From: Callorhinchus milii
Lineage: Eukaryota
Direction of reading: 5' to 3'
NCBI RefSeq assembly: GCF_018977255.1
Contig: NW_024705533.1
Coordinates: 1-36,216 of the forward strand
DNA: 36,216 bases
In this document: positions 27,539-36,216 of the stretch, piece after piece
Layout of the letters: every line of letters begins with the position of its first letter
Position numbering within the stretch: the first letter of the stretch is position 1
Program-made: the position numbers and the translations under genes
The notes under the pieces: generated by a model
Databases searched by the model: none
Told to the model about the DNA's origin: nothing
Seen by the model: only the letters and a program-made list of their open reading frames with translations

Positions 27539-27765
27539 ACACTGAGGATGTCTCAACTTAGCCCTAACCCGCCCGGGAATCAAACCCGGGTCCTCTCGCT
27601 TGCGAGCGCTCTAACCACTGAGCTACAGGACTTAGGTTCTATAGATGTCTGCGTTACTGGGACAATTTGATTTTCAAGAGCGTTCAATGTGAAATGTAAC
27701 ACCCTTACACTGTCAGGAACTATCTATAGAACTCTCCTCAAAGTTTGTCCCACCCATGAAACTGT

Positions 27766-27986
27766 AAGCAAAATCCAAAATACTGCAGATACTGACACTC
27801 TGAAACTGGGAACTCTCAGCAGGTCAGGCAGCATCTGTGGAGAAAGGAAAGTGAGTCAACATTTCGGGTCCATGACCCTTCGTCAGCGACGAAGGGTCAT
27901 GGACCCGAAATGTTGACTCGCTTTCCTTTCTCCACAGATGCTGCCTGGTCTACTGAGAGTTCCTGGTGACTTCTGGTTTTGTTTCC
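27766..27986. mobile_element. Palindromic Penelope-like terminal-repeat remnant with a hammerhead-ribozyme core
   Basis: 76-bp inverted arms 27809-27884 and 27888-27963 (4 mismatches, 3-nt loop); minus strand reads CTGACGA-A-GGGTC-ATG-GACCC-GAAA. Confidence 0.7.
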
Positions 27987-28290
27987 ATGAAACCATAAAG
28001 TTGTGTGAACCTTTGGCACATCTGATCTTATCCGCCCAAAACCCACAGCCTCCCATTACAACATCAAGCCGTTTTATAAATGGGTGCCAGTGTCAGAGCC
28101 ACAACCACACATCCTGGTAACACCGCCCCCCCCCCCCCACCCCACCACCACCCTCGCCCCCCCCCCACCAACCACACACTGCGTTCCAGCTGTTAATTAT
28201 CCACTTCTAGATGTGTAGTTTGGTTCGTCAACACATTATTGAGAAACGGGGGCAGAAGGAAGTATTTTCAGGGTGACGAGCGACTGGTTT

Positions 28291-28680
28291 TAATAATAAT
28301 AATAATCATAATCCTTGCATTTGATATAGTGCTTTTATCACGTTGCTGAGATGTCTCAAAGCACTTCATAGAAGATACTGTAAAGTGTAGTGACTGTGTA
28401 TTTTGTAGGTGCCAATCGCGCACAGCAGCGTCTCACAAACAGCCGTGGATTGAGTGACCAAGTTATTCTTATTTATTTTTGAAGGGAGTATTAAACCCCC
28501 TCCGGAAAGCAATCCGCCAATCGACTAACAACTGGGTTCCTACTTACTGATCGGTAAACAGAGTCGTGTGTGTGTGGAGTAGAGAAAGTTACCTAAGGTT
28601 TCGCCCTGACTTGTCCCACCTGGGTATCGAACACAGGTCCTCTCACTTGCAAGGACGAGCGCTCTTAACAGCAATAGGAC
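28291..28680 (-). mobile_element. tRNA-derived SINE, long subfamily
   Basis: Reverse-complement tail, body and head. Confidence 0.9.
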
Positions 28681-28974
28681 ACCAAATAGCTGTGAGACAA
28701 GGATGTTGTAAAACAGTGCTTTGCAAAATGTGATCTCACCACAGCTTCACTCTGTTACGAACTTACAGGGACGTACATAGCTAACGGCTCAAATGTCATT
28801 TTTGACCACAAAAATAAGACAATACGTCACTTCCGATCACGCAACTCAAACACTGCTGACAACAACGAGAGTATTTCTGTGTAGTAAACAGACGAGTAGC
28901 CATTTTGTGCAAATGAGCCTCCAAGTCCCCCACCTCCCCCGGCTTTAACCCCAAACTGATGATGTCTTGCTCCG

Positions 28975-29399
28975 CAGTCAGTAGGGTAGTGGTTAGAGCC
29001 TTCGCCTCGCAAGCGAGAGGACCTGGATTCGATTCCTGGCCGGGTCAGGTCAGGGCAAAGCCTTAGGCAAGTTTCCTTACCCCAGACACACACCCACACA
29101 CACACCCACACACACACCCACACACACACACGCCTCTGTTTACCAGTAGTAAGTTGGAACCCGCTTGTTAGTCGATTGGCGGATTGCTTTTCCCAGGGGT
29201 AATAATCCTCCTAAAAAATTTGGTCACTCAATCCACAACTGTTTGTAGGGGACACTGCTGTGTGCGATTGGCTGCTGTGTTTCTCCCCACAAAATATACA
29301 GTCACTAGACTTTACAGTGTATCCTGTGAAGCGCTTTGAGACGTCCCGACAACGTGATCAGGCGCTGCATCAAATGCCAGGGTTATTATTATTATTATT
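28975..29399 (+). mobile_element. tRNA-derived SINE, long subfamily
   Basis: A/B boxes, (CA)n, body, tail. Confidence 0.9.
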
Positions 29400-30159
29400 T
29401 TGGACTTGCCCTGTGTGTAAGTTTCTACAGGGGACACAGAACATCAGTAAAAAGGAAAGTTCACGATACAAGACAACACCCCAACACGAGACCTCTATGC
29501 AAATCACAAATTGGACAGAATAACAACAACAACAACTTATATCACGTCCTCCACTCAGGTTAGTGCCTCAGATCCATGCACACAAACACTTCCATTCTCT
29601 TAAGGCCAACCAACCAACGACGACAATAAGATGATATATTTGTTTGCAATAAAAGTCATCACTTCCTGGTCGAGCACTCCTAGAAACAGGAAGCATAGAT
29701 TTCTAACTCCTGTTCGATTTAAGTAACGTTCTGCTTTCTCAAAGAAAATGAAGAGGGGTTTGTGGGAAGGGGGAAAAGTAGGATAAAATTTAAATAAGGG
29801 AGGAAAACAGTTGATAAAAATTAAATAAGATTATGTTTTAATCGTGCCCTTGTCGTTGGCGAGAGGTATGATTCACTCTGTCGCAAACTAACGGCTTATA
29901 TCTAACGGCTCAAATGTCATTTGACCACAAAAATAAGACAACACATCACTTCCGATCATGCAACTCACACCAAACACTGCTGACAAGTAAAGAAGAGTCA
30001 GAGAGACAATTACATGCAAGACGTCTGTTGAGAGACGTCGAAGAGAATTGACATCATGCTGGATTATACCGAATTGTTTTGGCGGAGATGGAGGTGAAAT
30101 TTCTTAGATTTCATAGTGTGTTCCCTGGGCCAGAAAGCTAAGGCGAGAGAGAGAGAGAG

Positions 30160-30480
30160 AGGTTCTTCAGATATGACGTTAAACCAAGTTCCTCATCGAT
30201 GCCTGTTCAGTAGGACGTTAAAGATGTCCTGCGGCTCTGTTGGAAAAGAGAAGAGTTTATCTCTCTCTCTCGCTCTCCCTCTCAGCGTCCTGACTGACAA
30301 TCCCCCACTCAGATAAAATTTTCTGTGGGGTTCCTTGCTGTGTGTGTGTGTATGTGTGTGCAGAAATAGCCATTGTGTTTACAAATACACAGTCACTACA
30401 CTTGACAAAAAATACCACTTGACAAAATTCCTTACAACGGTTTGACATCAAAGCAGTGTGAGATGGAAGGATTATTAAGG
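30160..30480 (+). mobile_element. Old, diverged Deu-domain SINE
   Basis: cagatatgacgttaaaccaag..cctgttcagtaggacgttaaagat..gtcctgactgacaat..acagtcactacactt. Confidence 0.55.
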
Positions 30481-30621
30481 AATAGATTGTCATAACACCT
30501 TTCAAGTGATTGGATTTAGAAATAGCTTTGCTCCCCAAATGTTTTTAACGGGTAATAATTTAACTCTTAAGCAGTGATAATTATAAGTAAATAATGTTTT
30601 TTTTTGTACTCCAGCCAGTCC

Positions 30622-30968
30622 TCCTCCCCCTCAGCTCCTGGTAACCCCACAGCCAAAGCCCCAACTAACTAACTAACGGGGAGGGGGGGTCCAAGCGGGA
30701 CACGCAGTGGGAAAGCTCGGCCAGACAGCGCTCTCTCTCTCTCGATGGCTGAGCTGTGTGTGGGTTTAGTTGGTTAGACCCCAACAGTTACCCCAACTCT
30801 GGGCTCACCCCCCCCCCAAGCCTTGGCTCTCGCCAACATACTCTCCTGAATTAGGTAATCAGGGGGCGTCCCTCCAGGGAAAGAGAGTGAGCGCATCCCA
30901 TCCCGACAATCTCTCTCTGGGATTTCCTTGTGTAGGCGGGAGGTCTTCTCATTTGGGTTTGGAGACTC
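30622..30968 (+). repeat. Unclassified interspersed repeat, copy C
   Basis: Colinear with copies B and D. Confidence 0.85.
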
Positions 30969-31620
30969 TTAAGCAACGGTGACGGGTTTCCGCGTGTGTT
31001 AGACACCCGGCCGGTGTATAATTCTTGGACCGGTGAAGTGAATTGAAATGCTGCACTATTGTCTTGTCCACAAACGGGGGAGTATTCTGGCTTTCACAAA
31101 TCACTGAGTGGGTGGAGGGGGCTTTATACTGGTAATATCTCACTTCAGTGAGCTTCACATTGTGAAGGGGATTCAGATAAATAGGGAACAGTGAGTTGCG
31201 GGCGGGGTCAGAGGGCGTATGAACTAAATTTTTATAGCAGGAGCTCGTATCAAACTCCTGTTGTCCCAAGACGCGTAAAATACTGCTCGTACTTAGTTAA
31301 TGTTATATCATGTTTCCCACCTTCATTGCTGTCTATAAATTAACACTGTGCCAATGTCGTCCGTCAACACCACTAATTGGGTTCACGGCAAATCGTACCA
31401 TGGGCTATTCAGCACACGGAATCTGTTCAGAAACTTGTCAGGCACAATTTGCACCTTTAGAAGATTCAGTACTCAGTTAGAAGGAGCTGTTTCGCTGTTT
31501 TGGGGGTGGGTGGGTGTGTGTGTGGGTGGGTGCGGGGGTGTGGGGGCGGTGAGGGGAGAGGGAGGGTAAGGAATCTGGAGATCCGTGAGGAGTGGGGAGG
31601 GAGGTGGGAAAGGATGCAAG

Positions 31621-31626
31621 TTTATT
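31621..31626 (-). terminator. Candidate PTGIR poly(A) signal
   Basis: TTTATT on + (AATAAA on -), about 225 nt after the PTGIR stop. Confidence 0.4.
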
Positions 31627-31850
31627 ATATGTTAAAGTCATCTTTTCCTCTTTGATGCACCTTATTCCAGGCGTAAGTGGGTTTGGCAGTTTGCAACTTG
31701 TTCCACGATTCTGCCCCACAGAGCAAATAGTTTTTTGCCCAATCTTTGCCCCCACCGGCCCCCNACTTTTCCACCATCCCAAGGTGTTTTTAATGCTGCA
31801 CTTTTCTGTGTAGTGACTGTTTTCTGGATGTCTCCCATCGCTGCTGCTGC

Positions 31851-32078
31851 TCAGCACAGCGAGATTCTTTGATGCTTCAGAGGTTCTTGGAAATTGGAGC
31901 TCCTCAGAGAAGTCGGGAACTGACAGCACAATATCTGTTGCACGTTCCTGAACACGGATTTCCGGAATATGATAAACAGCCAGGGATCCACGATAGGGTT
32001 CAGGGCGGAGAAGCGGAATGCCAGCAGGTCCCCCTGGTCATTACTGTTTGGGTGTATAGCATTAACGTAACCTCGGAT
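31851..32078 (-). CDS. PTGIR: Prostacyclin (PGI2) receptor IP, last coding exon (end of TM6, ECL3, TM7, C-tail); upstream exons lie beyond the window end
   Basis: Minus strand ttcccctcag|ATC CGA GGT... gives IRGYVNAIHPNSNDQGDLLAFRFSALNPIVDPWLFIIFRKSVFRNVQQILCCQFPTSLRSSNFQEPLKHQRISLC*. GDLLAFRF..NPI.DPW.FI.FRK.VF is the IP-receptor TM7 signature. The intron at the end of TM6 is typical of prostanoid receptors. Confidence 0.92.
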   Translation of the reverse strand: MRGYVNAIHPNSNDQGDLLAFRFSALNPIVDPWLFIIFRKSVFRNVQQILCCQFPTSLRSSNFQEPLKHQRISLC

Positions 32079-32112
32079 CTGAGGGGAACAGAGAATCGTT
32101 TATACCTTACAC

Positions 32113-32577
32113 TGTTAGAGACACAGTAAAGATCCCTCTACACTGTCCTTCCGTCCACACTCCACAAGTCAGGGTTCGTCCTGTAGCTCAGTGGTTAGAG
32201 CACTCGCTTTGCAATCAAGAGACCTGGGTTCGATTCCTGGAGGGTGAAACCTTGGGCAAGTTTCCTTACTCCACACACCTGATAATAATACCTCAAAAAA
32301 ATAATAAATTGGTCACTTCAATCCTCGACTGTTTATGGGACAGAGGCTGCTGTGCGCAATTGGCTGTGCGCATTTCACCCACAAATATGCAGTCAATTCA
32401 CTTTACAGTCTATTCTGTGAAGCGCTTTGGGACGTCGAGAAGACGTGAAAAGCGCTATATCAAATGCAAGGATTATATATTATTTTTGTTGGAGACACAG
32501 TAAAGCTCCCTCTATACTGTCCGTCCGTCCACACCTCACAAGCCAGGGTTAGAGACACAGTAAAGCTCCCTCTACAA
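32113..32577 (+). repeat. About 63-bp repeat units (gttagagacacagtaaagctccctctacactgtcc...) interrupted by a SINE at 32178-32484; inverted copy at about 36092-36151
   Basis: Units start at about 32113, 32487 and 32548; reverse complement acagtgtagagggagctttactgtgtgtctaaccctg near the window end. Confidence 0.8.
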
Positions 32578-33318
32578 TCTATTTAGTGCTAGTTAATCAA
32601 TTACACAATGAATAATTTGGTCACTCAATCCACAGCTGTTTGTGGGGACGTCACTGGGCGCAATCGGCTGCAAGGTTTCGCCCACAAAACACACAGTCAC
32701 TACACTTTACAGTATATCCTTTGAAGCACTTTGAGACGTCACAATCACGTAGAAAGGCGCTATGTCAAAGGCAAGGATTAATATTGTAATTATTATTATC
32801 AGCGTGGGGTAGGTGTGTACACAAGGAATCGCCAGATGTGACGGTAACGACTTGAATTTTTATATAGTGGTCTTACGTGGGGCGGTGGAGGGAGGGGGAA
32901 GGGGAGGAAAATATGGCTCTCAAGATTCCTCTCAGCCGGTGCCTGTCTTCTACAACAAAGAGGATAAATATTATCACAGGCAAAAATATTTGGGGCCGGA
33001 TTTTTCTATTAGAACCATCTGGTCTGTCAGCAAAACATATTCCTCTTTGTTTGCTGTTCAGTTTGCAAAACTTTGACTGTCCAACGCTTTGGGAAATCCT
33101 CCCAACATGAAAAGTTCTGTAAAATAATAATAATCCACGCATTTGATACAGACACCTTATCACGTCTTCGAGACGTCTCTATATTTTGTGGGCGAAACGC
33201 GGCAGCCAATTGTGCACAAACAGTCGTGGATTGAGTGACCGTTTTTTTTGGGTGGGAGGGATTATTATTACCTCTGGAAAGCGATCCACTAATCAACTGA
33301 CAAGTGAGGTCCTACTTC

Positions 33319-33645
33319 GGAGTCCTGTAGCTCAGTGGTTAGAGCACTCACTTTGCGAGCGAGAGAGCTGAGTGCAATCCCAGGCAGAGGGCAAAACCTT
33401 GGGCAAGTTTCCTTACCCCACACAGAGCCTAATAATAATCCTCCAAACCCCAAAACAATAATAAATTTGTCATTTTCAATCCACGACTGTTTGTGGGACA
33501 TCGCTGTGCGCAATTGGCTGCCGCGTTCGCCCACAAATATACAGTCAATTCACTTTACAGTGTGTTCTGTGAAGCGCTTTGGGACGTCCTCCCGACGTGA
33601 AAAGCGCTATATCAAATGCAAGGATTATTATTATATTATTATTAT
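33319..33645 (+). mobile_element. Young short-subfamily SINE nested in an antisense long-subfamily SINE (33123-33317 and 33646-33799)
   Basis: The host consensus resumes after the insert; TACTT occurs at both junctions. Confidence 0.9.
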
Positions 33646-35127
33646 TACTTACCACTAGGTAAACAGAGGCGTGTGGGTGTGTGTGAGTGGAGTAAGGAAA
33701 CTTGCCTAAGGTTTCGCCCTGACCTGACCTGCCCGGGAATCGAACCCGGGTCCTCTGGCTTGCGAGGCGAGGGTCTAACCCCTGAGCTATGGGGACTCCG
33801 AGCTGTGTTGTAACGTAAAGCTACAAGGGGCCGAGGGTGTGAGGTCTTGGCTTGGGGTCAAAACTGGAGCCTGGTGTCTCGAAACAGAGGTGCTGTGAGT
33901 GCTCAGTAGCCTTTTACCCAGTAATTACCTTCAGCTCCACCTCCCATTACTGTCCTGTCCCAACAGAGCAGATACCTGACCGATTACCTTGTCAAGTCCT
34001 ATTTGTTCTGCTTGATAGATTGCACAGGAGTCAAAGGTCGTTGGTTGGGGTAAAGCACGAGGGAGCGCCTCTTACACACCAACTCCCAATTTAATGGTCT
34101 ACTTCCGCTTTATTTGGCAACAGGTGAGTTGCAGGTTTAAAGCTATACCTGCGCCGCTCTTTCTATCAGCTCAGCAGCTCCTTACAATAATCCTAACGTG
34201 TGAGACAGCGTTGAGACGTCTCAAAGGGCTTCACAGAATAGACTGTAAAGCAAATTGACTGTATATTTTGTGGGCGAAACGCGGCAGCCAATTGCACACA
34301 GCAGCGTCCCACACACAGTCCAATGACCAATTTATTATTGTTTTTCTTGAGGGATTATTATCAGGGGGGGTGTGTGGAGAAAGGAAACTTGCCCACGGGT
34401 TCGCTCTGCCGGGAATCGAACCCAGGTCTCGCTGAGCTGCAGGGCTGCACATTTGACCCGGTGCCTTAGCACTTCGTGCAGACGTCTCAAAGCGCTTCAC
34501 AGGGTACACTGTAAAGTGTAGTGACTGTGTGTTTTGTGGGCGAAACGCGACAGCCAATTGCGCCCGGCGACGTCCCCACAAACAGTCGTGGGTGATGTGA
34601 ACAAGGCACTGCGTCGAAGGCAAGGATTATTGTTAGTGATAATAATATTGTTATTATTTTTAACTTCAGGGAATCTTCAACGAGTCTCCTCTGCTCACAC
34701 CCTTTGTAACTCGAGCCCTAACAAACAATTGGGAGGTAGAAAGTGATGAGACTTATTATTCTCAGCATGTGTTAAACTGCCATGTTGTGCAACAGGAAGC
34801 GACCTTTGAGGTTCGCAACAGAGAGGAATTGGACTAAGTTTTTTTGTGTTCTTTTCCTGTTAACCCTGAAAGCCTTTACATCTTCCTCCTTGGGGCGGGC
34901 GGGGTTGAGGGGGAAGGTAAGCGGGTTCTCCTCGGAGCTGAACTGGCCCCCGAGGTGACGTGCTTTGACCACGGAATGTGGGGATCGACCCGACCCCCCC
35001 CCCCACTCTCTGTGCCGGTCTCGAGCCCCCGGTTCCTGAGCCGGGAGGGGCCGCAGGGTCCCGGGGCACTCACTGCTGATGACAGCACAGCCCGGCCTGG
35101 CTCATCGGCAGGACCTGGAAGGGCCGA

Positions 35128-35482
35128 CCAGTCCCTGGGGGCCGGGAATCCTCCCCCTCAGCTCCTGGTCACCCCACAGCCAAAGCCCTAACTAACTAAC
35201 TAACTGACTGACTGACTGACTGACTAACTAACGGGGAGGGGGTCCGAGCGGGACACGCAGCGGGAAAGCTCGGCCAGACAGCGCTCGCTCTCTCTCTCTC
35301 TCTCGCTCTCGATGGCTGAGCTGTGTGTGGGTTTAGTTGGTTAGACCCCAACAGTTACCCCAACGCACACTCTGGGTTCCCCCCCCCACCCCAAGCCTTG
35401 GCTCTCACCCAACCTGCGCCTAATACTCTCCAGAATTAGGTAAACAGGGAGCGTCCCTCCAGAGAGAGAGAGCGAGAGAGAG
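35128..35482 (+). repeat. Unclassified interspersed repeat, copy D (may extend 5' to about 34860)
   Basis: Colinear with copies B and C; expanded (ctaa/ctga)n. Confidence 0.85.
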
Positions 35483-36216
35483 TGTGTTTGTCAGGGACAA
35501 GCATGAGGCCGGAGTCGGTCGATAATAAGGCAATGTGATAAGGCACTATGTCAAATGCAAGGATTATTGGTATCATTATTCACACGGTGGGCAGTCTCTA
35601 TAGAGAGAGAGAGGGTGTATACTTGGCGCGCGCAGGTAACAGGAGCAGCCGACAGACAGGTAATGTCGGTGTCATTTCTGACAATGTATATAGGATAAAC
35701 TGACAACCATATCTCCAGTCTGCCATTAGCTGATATTACTGTTTGTCCTTGTCACACTTTGCCCCCCCCCCCCCCCCGCGCTCGGTCAATACAGCTTCTA
35801 GACGCAGACAATACCCTTTGCGGAGCGGTGGATCAAAGGAATCCAGAGACAGCAAACAGTTAGGGAGTGAGGTTATGACAGAGGGTTAGTGCACAGTCTT
35901 ATCATCTCCCAGATCTGATAGATACAGATGCAGATTGATGCAGGAGGGCAGATGTCTCCTGTGTCTCTCAAGTCAAGGTCATCGTGCCCATTTTGCTATC
36001 AAACGTCAATGTCTATCCAGCAGCTTGTCTCTAATTTATCACCTGTATTGTCAGCCTCCACTCCACTCTGTCTCCAAACTGCTCTGTCGCTGACCTGGGA
36101 GTGTGGACGGACGCACAGTGTAGAGGGAGCTTTACTGTGTGTCTAACCCTGATCCAACTCCTAACACACCCTCACTCATACTCCCTCACTTTTCCTCCCA
36201 GTAAATAAAGGGGATC

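Noticed and set aside
31477..32129. ORFs 31477-31929 (-) and 31869-32129 (+)
   Set aside because: Off-frame or antisense shadows of the PTGIR exon; the real frame starts at a splice acceptor and is missing from the ORF track.
33319..33392. tRNA-like sequences at SINE heads
   Set aside because: They have A/B boxes but run straight into the SINE body with no complete acceptor stem, so they are not tRNA genes.

Overview
Repeat-dense vertebrate genomic DNA. The SINE/LINE content points to a cartilaginous fish, probably a chimaera such as the elephant shark (inference). It holds one complete six-exon calmodulin gene on + (ATG 2618, stop 6911; 149 aa, matching canonical vertebrate calmodulin) with a GC/CpG-rich promoter lacking an obvious TATA box. 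The last coding exon of a prostacyclin receptor (PTGIR, 31851-32078) lies convergently on -. This is the human CALM3/PTGIR arrangement, so the calmodulin is most likely CALM3. The rest is mostly retroelements: dozens of copies or fragments of a tRNA-headed SINE with an L2-like tail, older Deu-type SINE remnants, L2 and CR1 LINE fragments (several nested), a Penelope-type palindrome carrying a hammerhead-ribozyme core, and an unclassified 4-copy repeat. Most notable: a tandem array of about 8 RFX X-box palindromes with a 77-nt hairpin upstream of calmodulin, the hammerhead-bearing palindrome, a PTGIR C-terminus lacking the CaaX cysteine, and a 42-bp target-site duplication. No prokaryotic-type system or CRISPR array is present. 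Repeat boundaries are approximate and family names come from recall, not a database search.
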